NCBI GenBank assembly: GCA_963827685.1
Contig: CAWHBU010000004.1
Location: forward strand, 128,001 to 192,000
Source: an uncultured delta proteobacterium
GTDB taxonomy: Bacteria > Desulfobacterota > BSN033 > UBA1163
Direction of reading: 5' to 3'
DNA length: 64,000 nt
Under the pieces are notes generated by a model. The model ran no database searches and was not told the origin of the DNA. It saw nothing but the letters and a program-made list of their open reading frames with translations. The stretch's first letter is position 1; every line of letters starts with the position of its first letter. Shown in pieces: positions 20,074 through 28,800 of this stretch. The position numbers and the translations under genes are program-made.

Positions 20074-21189
20074 TCAAGCACTTGCAATGGTGCTTGTTCC
20101 AATAGAATCCGGGTTTCCCACTATTTTCCCACTATTGAGAGCCAACTTTTCCGCTTGCTTCCTTTGGTATTCAATATCCGACCCAATGTAAAAGCCTTCC
20201 GTTGTCTTGACCGTGGTATGCCTAAGTTGATCCTTGATCGCTAAGGCCGGTACTCCCTTCAAGTGCATCAAAGAGGCTGTGGTATGTCTCAATTCTTTCC
20301 ATGAGTAAAGTTTCGTGTCGATCCCTAAAGACCTCAACACTTTCCTAAAGGGCTTAAATATGTTCCAATGGTCGTATGGAGTGCCATCAGGCTTAGAGAA
20401 TACCCATTCCCCAGGCTTAGAAAACCCTTGGAAGAGGTCTATTAGCTCTCTTTGCAGAACAACCATTTGACCTCTACCAGTGGAATCCTTGAGGGTTTTG
20501 GAAGAGGGGAGATAGATCACTCCGCTATTAAAGTCAACCCGTTCCCATCTAAGGCCCCTGAGTTCGGATTCTCTCATTCCCGTGTAATAGGCTGTCAGGA
20601 TCATCGGTCTAAGCCATTCAGGAGAGGCTTCAAGAATCTTCTCAATTTGTTCCTCAGTGAAGAAGTTTCTAAGGCCCTTTTTCTCAGGATAGAGCAGACC
20701 GCTTTTTGTCGTGGACGGAAATGGGTTCGATTCCATTAATTCACGCCCTACGGCAAAATTAAAGAGTCTCCGTAGGCCAGCCAGGGTCCGATTAACATGG
20801 GCCTCGGTAACCGGTTCTCCACCACGTTGTTTAGGAGTTGATTTAACTTGGTCCCTGAATGCGAAGAGGTCTTTTCGGGTGATCTGTGATAACTTGCGTC
20901 CACTGAAAAAATTCAGATAGACAGATCCCTTGCCCAAGATATATTCCTTCTGATCGCCTTCTCTTCGGTAGAGTTCCATCAGCTCATCAAAGCTGATTCT
21001 CTCTTGCCTCTCCATCACTTCATAACGACCGCCCTTGATTCTTTTTTCTCTATCTATTTTCTCTTTAAGTGCCATGGAAAGTTTAGGCCCCACCGCTTTC
21101 TCATGCTTCTTTGAATGCTCGTAATAGGTGATGTAATAGATTTCACCCACCTTGTAGATACCCTTATGCTTAGTCTTCTCACGTTTCAT
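20074..21189 (-). CDS. Tyrosine integrase
   Basis: N-terminal arm-binding region; YYTGMRESEL, ELRHT, LRHTTVKTTEGFY. Stop codon is 6 bp from the tRNA end. Confidence 0.92.
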   Translation of the reverse strand: MKREKTKHKGIYKVGEIYYITYYEHSKKHEKAVGPKLSMALKEKIDREKRIKGGRYEVMERQERISFDELMELYRREGDQKEYILGKGSVYLNFFSGRKLSQITRKDLFAFRDQVKSTPKQRGGEPVTEAHVNRTLAGLRRLFNFAVGRELMESNPFPSTTKSGLLYPEKKGLRNFFTEEQIEKILEASPEWLRPMILTAYYTGMRESELRGLRWERVDFNSGVIYLPSSKTLKDSTGRGQMVVLQRELIDLFQGFSKPGEWVFSKPDGTPYDHWNIFKPFRKVLRSLGIDTKLYSWKELRHTTASLMHLKGVPALAIKDQLRHTTVKTTEGFYIGSDIEYQRKQAEKLALNSGKIVGNPDSIGTSTIASA

Positions 21190-21243
21190 ACTTCCTCCTA
21201 ACCGTTAGCGAAACGACTCACCCCCTTTCCTTTCCAAATTGGT

Positions 21244-21543
21244 TTATGCTTTCCCTGCCTTCTCCCAATCGAGTTCATATTCTGGAGGCTTTGCTTCCCC
21301 GGAATTAGCCAATGCCCCAATGATTAGGATGCTATATTTCATTTCATCCAGTCTCAAAGTGGCTGCTTTCTTTTTCAATAATTCAATCTCAGCTTCGATC
21401 CGCTGCCTTTCCAATGGATCGAAGGTCTTGATCAACCCCCTTTCCCTTCTTCTGACCTTCGACTTTAGATTCGTTATCTGTCTTTTCAACTCTTCGGTTT
21501 CAGCGATCAACCTCTTCAATTTCAGATTCATATTACTATTCAC
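21244..21543 (-). CDS. Hypothetical coiled-coil protein
   Basis: 99-aa ORF overlapping the upstream RHH stop; co-oriented with int. Confidence 0.55.
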   Translation of the reverse strand: MNSNMNLKLKRLIAETEELKRQITNLKSKVRRRERGLIKTFDPLERQRIEAEIELLKKKAATLRLDEMKYSILIIGALANSGEAKPPEYELDWEKAGKA

Positions 21544-21689
21544 CTTTTGCCCTTCTTCTCAAATCTCTCCCAATACTCATCGATCGCTCGTCTCAAAATC
21601 TCAGAAGCGGAAAGCCCGGTTTTCTTCGACATCGCTTTAAGCCTCTTCACCTGAATCTCTGCCAAATAAAAGTTAGCTCTTATGGCCAT
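21540..21689 (-). CDS. CopG-like ribbon-helix-helix protein (49 aa)
   Basis: MAIRANFYLAEIQVKRLKAMSKKTGLSASEILRRAIDEY; AGGAG RBS upstream. Confidence 0.8.
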   Translation of the reverse strand: MAIRANFYLAEIQVKRLKAMSKKTGLSASEILRRAIDEYWERFEKKGKR

Positions 21690-21727
21690 CGTTCTTGCTC
21701 CTCCTATCTCGGGTTCTCCAGGTCGGG

Positions 21728-21997
21728 TTACTTCTCGCTCGGGATCAGGAGCCACTCCTCCCTCACCAGCTCCCACGCAATGTCGTGGGCTTCGTTCTCC
21801 TTCAGCCCGTTCTCCAGGAGTCGGCTCTTTGCGTTCTGGTAAGCTTGCAGGGTATTCCTCGCAGCGTTGTCCAGGGCCTCTTCGAGGTTCCCTTCCTCCT
21901 GGAGGCCCCGGAACTGCTTCGGGCAGTGTTCCTTCAAGTGCTTCCGGCCTAACTCCTTCAACTCTTTCTCGCTCGGCGGGTTCGAGATCATGTTCAA
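21728..21997 (-). CDS. Small helical MGE protein (weakly TnpV-like)
   Basis: GRKHLKEHCPKQFRGLQEEGNL...AWELVREEWL; directly downstream of a consensus promoter. Confidence 0.55.
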   Translation of the reverse strand: MNMISNPPSEKELKELGRKHLKEHCPKQFRGLQEEGNLEEALDNAARNTLQAYQNAKSRLLENGLKENEAHDIAWELVREEWLLIPSEK

Positions 21998-22019
21998 CCT
22001 CTTTCACTATTTTGTGTCC

Positions 22020-22129
22020 ATTATACACACACTCCAAAAAGTTTGTCAACCTTTTTCTTTGTCCTCACTCGTCTCGAAACTTTCTTCCTGAAACTTTCGC
22101 TTGACCAATTTCCATTGAATGTGTATATT
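22020..22129. promoter_or_regulatory. Divergent sigma-70 promoters
   Basis: Minus strand TTGACA-18-TATAAT (22049-22020); plus strand TTGACC-17-TATATT (22101-22129). Confidence 0.7.
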
Positions 22130-22182
22130 CTAACCAATAATCGAGGGAGAGGAATGTTTCTTCATTCTGTTCCCTGCGAATT

Positions 22183-22608
22183 GTGCCAGAGGTGAGCATG
22201 GCGACCGAGACAAATCAGACCGGTGCTGCTTCGTACATGTGGTGGCGTTCCAAAGCTGTCCAGGCGGTTCATTCCCCTCTGGGCTTTTTCGTTCTGGCGC
22301 TGCTGATCGTCGAGGCATTTCTTTCCGGAACAGGCACGTGGTTCGGGTTGCCGGAACCATGGAAGATTGCAGCCATCGGTGTCGGAGTCATACTGTTTCT
22401 TATCGTTTTTGGCACGGTGGTGTGGCTCGTCATCCGATATCCGCAGAATCTGGTGTTCAGTGAGGAATCACACATTCAATTCGCGGCCATGAAGATATTC
22501 GGCTCCGAAAAACGTCTCATTACCGGTCGAGACCTTGAAGCGTTACCAAATCAGCCGACACCTAATCCGGCGGTAGGTCAGCTTCCTGGGTCCGGCCAGG
22601 AGAGTTGA
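22183..22608 (+). CDS. Two-TM membrane protein (likely start ATG 22198)
   Basis: PLGFFVLALLIVEAFL and IGVGVILFLIVFGTVVWLVI hydrophobic helices. Confidence 0.65.
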   Translation: MPEVSMATETNQTGAASYMWWRSKAVQAVHSPLGFFVLALLIVEAFLSGTGTWFGLPEPWKIAAIGVGVILFLIVFGTVVWLVIRYPQNLVFSEESHIQFAAMKIFGSEKRLITGRDLEALPNQPTPNPAVGQLPGSGQES

Positions 22609-22611
22609 ACA

Positions 22612-22905
22612 ATGCCGCTGCTGTATCCTTACGCATACATCATCTGCTACGACTTGTACCAACCTTTCGGCCTGTACGAGCCATTCTTCGAGGAACTGAA
22701 ACGATCATACCGCTGGTGGCGCTACATGAACTCGACATGGGTCGTGCTTCGATATGAGGCACTTGTGGAGCTTGCTCCTAAACTTCGCCTACTGATCTTT
22801 GAAGGCGATCGTCTGCTTATCCAGCCGGCGAAGGGGCCTTCTGATGGGTGGCTCCCGAAGGACGCATGGGAATGGCTTAAAGAAAACGTTCCGAACGAGT
22901 GGTGA
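22612..22905 (+). CDS. Small ferredoxin-fold (Cas2/VapD-like) protein
   Basis: YIICYDL...YEPFFEELK..WWRYMNSTWVV...GWL...WEWL pattern; 3 bp after the upstream stop. Confidence 0.6.
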   Translation: MPLLYPYAYIICYDLYQPFGLYEPFFEELKRSYRWWRYMNSTWVVLRYEALVELAPKLRLLIFEGDRLLIQPAKGPSDGWLPKDAWEWLKENVPNEW

Positions 22906-23100
22906 GTGTTAGAACAGTATCGCTGTAGGAGTAATCTTCAAAAAAAGAAATCAATATTCAATTGTCAAAGAGCAAGGCCAGAAAGGGCTCTTCCCTCTAA
23001 TCTTTAGGGTTCTGGTAGTGGGAAAACAGTGGGAAGGCTTCAAAGCCCTTTGAATATTCAAGGGATTTTTTCGGCTTATGGATAACAAATGCCTGAGCCT

Positions 23101-23289
23101 TCATCTCACAACCTGTCTTTTTTCTACCCTGGATCTCACAAGGTAAGCCTCAACGTCAGACAATCGAAACCGGATCACCTTCCCCATCTTATAACAGGGT
23201 AAGAGTCCCCTCTTAACCATGATGTAAGGCCATGGTTTAGATACCTTCAGGAGTCTCGATAATTCTTTTGGACTAAGTAGCTCCTCCAA
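23101..23289 (-). CDS. Excisionase-family HTH protein
   Basis: LLSPKELSRLLKVSK...GLLPCYKMGKVIRFRLSDVEAYL. Confidence 0.88.
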   Translation of the reverse strand: MEELLSPKELSRLLKVSKPWPYIMVKRGLLPCYKMGKVIRFRLSDVEAYLVRSRVEKRQVVR

Positions 23290-23573
23290 CTTCTACCCTG
23301 TCTCCTCTATTCTTTGTGAACGTAGAGCCTGATAATCTGCCCCTTATGCTTGACCTGGTAGGCTTCTTGCCCCACCTGCATCCTGTAAAGTTCAACCCCG
23401 CTGAACGTGCTTATGGGGTTCGTGCACCTTCTTTCTGAAAAGTGTAGTTTTATGTAGTTTTGTTAACCCCCTCACATCCCACTTTTTGCAAAAATTGCTA
23501 ATCCGAAAGCTTAACTTTTCTCAACTTTTGTTAACCCCTTTATCCTGATGATCTCATCAAAACATTCATTTCC

Positions 23574-23942
23574 TCAAAGTCTCGGTTTTAGAACGGGATA
23601 AGGCCATAAATCCGAATCCTCCGATCCAATCTGCCTCTGTCTCCGCTCTATTTCCTGCAGAGACTGACGATCCCCGTGTTCCAACCAGACCAGGTAGGCA
23701 TCGACGCCGCCCTGCATCTGAAAAAGCTCTCTCTTAAACATGTACTCAAGAATGGGCTCGAATTTCGTCCTTTTTCGCCATCCCTTGACCCGGCAAGAGG
23801 TGGGGGTGCCCCCATAAGCCACCCGGGCAGCTGCTGTGGCATTAAAAGCAGACTTGAAATACTCCCGGATCCACACCTTCTCCCTCTCAGTGAATTTCCA
23901 TTTCGGCTTGTGCGTCTCTCTCTCCAAGGTTGCCCCCTCCAT
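23574..23942 (-). CDS. Terminase small subunit-like HTH protein
   Basis: FTEREKVWIREYFKSAFNATAAARVAY matches the TerS N-terminal LT.KQ..F..EY...NATQAA..AGY pattern. Confidence 0.65.
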   Translation of the reverse strand: MEGATLERETHKPKWKFTEREKVWIREYFKSAFNATAAARVAYGGTPTSCRVKGWRKRTKFEPILEYMFKRELFQMQGGVDAYLVWLEHGDRQSLQEIERRQRQIGSEDSDLWPYPVLKPRL

Positions 23943-23983
23943 CTAACTCTTGTCGTTAAACGTTCAACCGCTTCTGTTAAACG

Positions 23984-24187
23984 TTATTGCTTCCTGCTTG
24001 CCTTCTCTTCGCCCGTAATCACTCCCCATCCTGCTACGATGCAGTCCATGAGGAATTCCGTAAGAGTCATCCCTCGCTTTCTGGATTCCTCTTGGAGCCT
24101 TTTCTTTATGAACGGCCGAACCCTAACTCCAATCGTCGTTGACCTCGTTTCGTCTGCCTCATCCATCGTTTGCTCCTTCATTTCCAC
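23984..24187 (-). CDS. RHH-like small DNA-binding protein
   Basis: TIGVRVRPFIKKRLQEESRKRGMTLTEFLMDCI. Confidence 0.6.
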   Translation of the reverse strand: MEMKEQTMDEADETRSTTIGVRVRPFIKKRLQEESRKRGMTLTEFLMDCIVAGWGVITGEEKASRKQ

Positions 24188-24471
24188 TCGATTCCCATCC
24201 CTTTTCTGTTCCGGAATCCTTGCCCATATCCGGCCAGGATTCTATCAATCTGGTCATGGTTCGTGAGCTTGTCCATCCTCGACTCTACCCGAGACCCTTA
24301 TGTCTTGATTTATGTCGGGAAGACGATTTCAGCTTCGGTTGCCGAAATCATACCCGTGAGTCCCCCCTTTCTGAGATTGCCTTTAGGGCAAGATCATTTC
24401 AATTCCCTCGTTCGTTACGCCGCTTGCACTTGATTGCAACATCTGCCTATCCAACCGCTCCAAATTCTCCC

Positions 24472-25782
24472 TCAAACGCCAGATCCACCCTTTTCCCTGC
24501 TCACGGCAGTCGGCGGCACTACAGGTCCAAGTTCCCCATCTTTTTGGGGTTGTTCAAATCGGCGGTGCCCTCCCCGGTAATCCCCCAAATCCAACATCCT
24601 CAACGCCTCTTGATCTGGCAGTCTTCCATCAACCGTCATGATCGCCAACCTCTCTAACTGCGTTTCATCGAATCGTTGGAGCCATTCCTTTGGAAAGGGT
24701 CTTATTATGGTCTCTGTGAGCTTCTCTCTTGGGAGGGAAAGGATTTTATTGGGCAACCCTGCCTCTATCCATGCCCGGATGTTTGTCCCCTTCTGGAATG
24801 CCTCTGAAGGATCTTTCCCCACAGGGACCGGCCAGCGCTTCACCTTCGCCCCGTATGTTTCGGACCAAAACCCCCAGCTTGCCTCTGCCCCGGCCCTATC
24901 GAAGTCAAGGCAATTCAGAATCAACCCGGCCTCCTTAAGCAGTCGATTCGTGTCCTCATCGGGTCTTATCGTCACACTTCCCAAAGCTATGGTTCCGATC
25001 AAGTCACCGGCCTCTTGTGAGATCAGCAAGCCATCAAGTTCACTTTCAACAATGACAAAGGATCCCAAGTCAGGATTAAACATCATCGGTTTTGTGTCAC
25101 TTCCGGGTACGATGTAATAACGCAGTTCACCTTTTGCCCGCCGTATCCTCAGCCTTAAGACCCGGTCTTTCTCCATCAAGGGAATCACAAGTCCCTCCGG
25201 AAGCCACAACTTCTTAGCCCTTCCACGTTCATCCATTGCAGGGTCGAGGCCCCATGTTTCCCGGTCCCCATATTGACCTTTGGGATTCCAACCCAAAGCC
25301 GCTGTCCGAATCGTCTCATCTCGAAGCCCCCGGCCATGCAGGAAGGAAAGAACATCGCTACTACGCCATAGCGATTCAATGGATTCTTTGAGAAAGGTTT
25401 CCGCTTTTCCCTGCCACTTGAGGGAGGGTGAGAGTTTCTCTTCTCGTTCATGGCGAACCATATTTGACTGCTTAAGGATAGATTCTCCCCCTAACTCTTC
25501 GACCGCTTCCCGGAAGGACAGACCTCGGCTCTCTCTCAGATAATCAATGGCGTCCCCGTGCTTCCCGCAACCCCGGCACCAATACCGCCCGCCATCCTCA
25601 TTCGGCCATACTCGGAAACGGTCACGGCCGCCACACCACGGGCAGGGTCCGGCCCATTCTCCCCCGTGGGTTCTTGCTACACGTCTTAGCCGGACATTAG
25701 CCTGGAGCAGTTCAAGAAGTGTCATCCTCAATTCCAGATCCTTAACTGTCACCACAGTTGCCACCACTTTGTTAGGTGACAA
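24472..25782 (-). CDS. Zinc-finger + TOPRIM primase (P4-alpha/DnaG-like N-terminus)
   Basis: GPCPWCGGRDRF..YWCRGCGKHGDAIDYL; TOPRIM IVESELD and LDFDRAG; KDPSE. Confidence 0.85.
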   Translation of the reverse strand: MSPNKVVATVVTVKDLELRMTLLELLQANVRLRRVARTHGGEWAGPCPWCGGRDRFRVWPNEDGGRYWCRGCGKHGDAIDYLRESRGLSFREAVEELGGESILKQSNMVRHEREEKLSPSLKWQGKAETFLKESIESLWRSSDVLSFLHGRGLRDETIRTAALGWNPKGQYGDRETWGLDPAMDERGRAKKLWLPEGLVIPLMEKDRVLRLRIRRAKGELRYYIVPGSDTKPMMFNPDLGSFVIVESELDGLLISQEAGDLIGTIALGSVTIRPDEDTNRLLKEAGLILNCLDFDRAGAEASWGFWSETYGAKVKRWPVPVGKDPSEAFQKGTNIRAWIEAGLPNKILSLPREKLTETIIRPFPKEWLQRFDETQLERLAIMTVDGRLPDQEALRMLDLGDYRGGHRRFEQPQKDGELGPVVPPTAVSREKGGSGV

Positions 25783-25984
25783 GATTCCTTTTAAATTCTT
25801 TCGAGTTGTCCTACATTGCCACCGCTTCTATAGAGGTAGAGAGGTTTATTAATAATGATTTCCCCACCCCACCCCATCCTTATTTATATATATTTCTGAT
25901 CAGCCAATTGAAATCATTATGAAACATACCTCAAATGTCTCCCCAAACAATGTGGTGACAATATTGGTGACACTCGATTCAAGG

Positions 25985-27274
25985 TCATTCGCCTTCCTGC
26001 CCTTGATTCAAGTAAAATGTATTTTTTTTGAACAAGATCTCCTTATCTCCAATCAAACCTTGAGTTGCCATCTTCCAATAATAGGTCCCATACCGGTCTT
26101 TGTGACATTTCCTTTCGAGCTCTCGCTTTGTCAGCGTTCCGTTTGCCAAGGCACCTTTTATGGAGCATTCAATTTTGGCTATCAGAGTTTCTCCGTCTAT
26201 CGGATCAATGATTCTTCGAATATCTTTTTGCCAGTCAAGAAGATCGATCACTTTTTGAACAACACCAACCGTAATGCGTTCCTGCTTTTCATTCGCCGCG
26301 AGAAGGATGAGGAGTCGGTGCCCGTAGGTGTCGAGCCTCTTGGATACTTTCGATTGCTCCTGGGAGAGATACCATGACTCAAAAAGTTTATCGGCATCGT
26401 CATCTATCGGCAGCTCATAGGTGCCGTCTTTGGCAAGGGACTCAATCCAGACCAGAATATCTTGGAGATCATTTCTTAACGGTGCCTTTTCGGCGTCTGG
26501 GATTTTTCTTGGAATGGCAAATTTTCTCTCCGTAGATCCGATGATTACAAAGAGCCTGTTTATGAAACCGATGTCCAGGAAGGCGGGAGTCCACATTCTC
26601 TGATAAGTTTCCAAAGTTGAGGCACCTAAAAGAGAAAGGTAAACGTCATCCAGAGAGATGCTATTTTTCTTAGTCGAAGAATGGAATACATTTGACTCAA
26701 ATAGAGAACACACGCACTGTAATAAGATCGAGCCTTCGATTTGGGCCTTATTTACGAATGATTTCAATTCGTCGTATACAAGTAAGATGGGTGAACCAGA
26801 GAATTTAGTCGCAAGCCCCTCGGCACTTCCGAGCCCTTGGCAGAGGTCGATCTTAAATACCGAATTATTTATCGTCTGCAAACATTGAATGAAGAAATTT
26901 ACCACTTGGCGTATTGCCTCGCTCTTCCGATCATCTGCGCTTCTTCCAACGAGAATCATATATAGCCTTGGCTGTGGGTGAATCTGGCTTTTAATGGTTA
27001 TCCTGTGAGCGATCAGAGCTCCCAAAATAGTAAGATAAACCATTGCCAAAAATTCCCACGCTGATTCGAGATAAGAGGAGTAAACGTCTGCAAAACGGCC
27101 AGCTGCACCACCTATTGCATTGACCGGAAACTCAGATTTGTGTGAGGGGGTTACGTGTTTGCGGTTCGATTTTCTATTGATCTGTTCAGCCTCGACCCGC
27201 TCCGTCACAAGCCGGGCGATCTCCCTGGGATCACTCAATTGAGGTATCTGTCTCATCCGTGGACTCCATCTCAA
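25985..27274 (-). CDS. DUF3987/YfjI-like replication ATPase
   Basis: PRLYMILVGRSADDRKS, SAEGL, VYDEL, LSLLGAST and GFINRLF motifs. Confidence 0.75.
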   Translation of the reverse strand: MRWSPRMRQIPQLSDPREIARLVTERVEAEQINRKSNRKHVTPSHKSEFPVNAIGGAAGRFADVYSSYLESAWEFLAMVYLTILGALIAHRITIKSQIHPQPRLYMILVGRSADDRKSEAIRQVVNFFIQCLQTINNSVFKIDLCQGLGSAEGLATKFSGSPILLVYDELKSFVNKAQIEGSILLQCVCSLFESNVFHSSTKKNSISLDDVYLSLLGASTLETYQRMWTPAFLDIGFINRLFVIIGSTERKFAIPRKIPDAEKAPLRNDLQDILVWIESLAKDGTYELPIDDDADKLFESWYLSQEQSKVSKRLDTYGHRLLILLAANEKQERITVGVVQKVIDLLDWQKDIRRIIDPIDGETLIAKIECSIKGALANGTLTKRELERKCHKDRYGTYYWKMATQGLIGDKEILFKKNTFYLNQGQEGE

Positions 27275-27464
27275 AACACCCCTCTGGATTAAGGCCCAAA
27301 ATCTTCCCTACTGCAAGTACCCTTGGGTCATTTGGCTTCACCTTTTCAATGCCGCAAATCAACTTTGACAGGGTTGAGGGGTTGAGGCCTGCCTGCCAAG
27401 CTATCTTGTACGAACGTTGGTCACCGAGTTTAAGGGCTTCAATAAACCTTCGAGAGACCTTCAT
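27231..27464 (-). CDS. XRE/Cro-like HTH protein
   Basis: YKIAWQAGLNPSTLSKLICG; GGAGG RBS. Confidence 0.8.
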   Translation of the reverse strand: MKVSRRFIEALKLGDQRSYKIAWQAGLNPSTLSKLICGIEKVKPNDPRVLAVGKILGLNPEGCFEMESTDETDTSIE

Positions 27465-27509
27465 TTGGACTTACCTCCAAAGAATTCTTATTAGCTGTTA
27501 ATGATTAAG

Positions 27510-27550
27510 TGGTACTTCTGACGTACCAATTTGGTACTTTTGGCGTACCA
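27510..27550. promoter_or_regulatory. Tandem palindromic operators TGGTAC-N7-GTACCA (two copies, 22-bp period)
   Basis: tggtacttctgacgtacca (27510-27528) and tggtacttttggcgtacca (27532-27550), upstream of the replication operon. Confidence 0.75.
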
Positions 27551-27597
27551 TTCGAGGAGAAAGTTAGATTAGATTGACAGCTTCAAGGGAATATAAA

Positions 27598-28800
27598 CTA
27601 AAGATCGGAATTCCAATGGAGGTCAACAGGAGGGATGTATAAACAAGTATGACCTAAAGCCACATATTTTTTAAGATGATCTGCCAAGCCGGGATGATGT
27701 TGCTTTATGTGGGTTATGGCTCTATTAATTGCGTTTTTAACAGAACTTCTTGCTTTGTCGTTGCTCTTAGTAAAAGAATCCGATAGCTCATTTAGAATCA
27801 TATTCTTTTCTTCTATCGCTCTTGAACGTTCATCCTTCGGTGATTCTTTTTCGTCTATTATTTCATTAAGTTCCTTAATTCTTTTTCTAAATGTATCTTT
27901 CCTTTGTTCGTTCTTAGCTTTTTCCTTGTGATCAAGTTTTTCAACGAGATGCCCGGGAGACCTCGATTTGGTAAGGCTGAGCTCTTCTAACTGGTCTTTG
28001 GACATTTTGTTCAGCGGATCTGCTTCCCGTGAGATTTGGGATGTCCGAATAAATTCTGTAGCGGGTGTGCTCCGGTAAGGATTCTCTACCAAATATTTTA
28101 TGTAGTCCATTCCAATTAAATGCTTGATGGTGCTAACCGCTTTCCCATCGAAAGAGACCTCCCAGAAGTCTCCTTCTTTCCGAAAGATGTTCCCTTTCGA
28201 AATAGGTCTATCCGTTTCTTCTCTTACCTCCAAGTGCTTTGGTGTTGTTTGGGTACGAAGAAGGGTAAACTCTACGTCAATCACCTCACGAGCTTTCTGC
28301 AGGGCATACTTAACGTAGCTTTGAAATAAATCTTCAATTTTAGTAAGTCCCAACTCCTCTGGGTTGTAATCTTTCCTCCATGAACTAAGTTTGCGTTCGA
28401 CCTCACCGACAAACACAGGTAGACGCTGGGTGTAATCCGAATAATTGAAAAACTTAAGAATAAACTTCTTTACCGCCTTCTGCAAATTCTCATCAGCATC
28501 CACCTTGGGAAGGACCTCGAGAGCCGTTGCTATCATTGATTTAGCTTTGTTCATGATCAGCATTGCAGTTATGTACGGAAAGGACTCAATCTGGGCTCTG
28601 TGGTGTATATGAGTGGTATCAACAGCCAAAGTAGCGGTGAAATACGGGGCGGGATCAAGTTCGGCATATATATGGCCCCGGTCGCCAAGCCAAGCCGCTT
28701 CAACCTCTTCATCAACGAGCCTGAGCTTCGCCTTTATCGCTTTACTTACTGGGGTCTCATTTCGTTCCATTTTCGTCACCTCCTGCGTGACCTCCTGCAA
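27598..28800 (-). CDS. Putative transcriptional regulator (likely start ATG 28770)
   Basis: C-terminal half has FRKEGDFWEVSFDG..GMDYIKYLVENP and KARSSVKNAINRAITHI..HHPGLADHL..G..CLY, a pattern seen in regulator C-termini. AGGAGG RBS before 28770. Confidence 0.55.
   Translation of the reverse strand: MQEVTQEVTKMERNETPVSKAIKAKLRLVDEEVEAAWLGDRGHIYAELDPAPYFTATLAVDTTHIHHRAQIESFPYITAMLIMNKAKSMIATALEVLPKVDADENLQKAVKKFILKFFNYSDYTQRLPVFVGEVERKLSSWRKDYNPEELGLTKIEDLFQSYVKYALQKAREVIDVEFTLLRTQTTPKHLEVREETDRPISKGNIFRKEGDFWEVSFDGKAVSTIKHLIGMDYIKYLVENPYRSTPATEFIRTSQISREADPLNKMSKDQLEELSLTKSRSPGHLVEKLDHKEKAKNEQRKDTFRKRIKELNEIIDEKESPKDERSRAIEEKNMILNELSDSFTKSNDKARSSVKNAINRAITHIKQHHPGLADHLKKYVALGHTCLYIPPVDLHWNSDL

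Noticed and set aside
21540-22049. 169-aa ORF as a single protein
   Set aside because: The N-terminal part overlaps the promoter and the 21728-21997 gene in another frame; only the last 49 codons (RHH, with RBS) look real.
22612-22905. CRISPR-Cas locus suggested by the Cas2-like ORF
   Set aside because: No cas1 or other cas genes and no regularly spaced repeat-spacer array seen.
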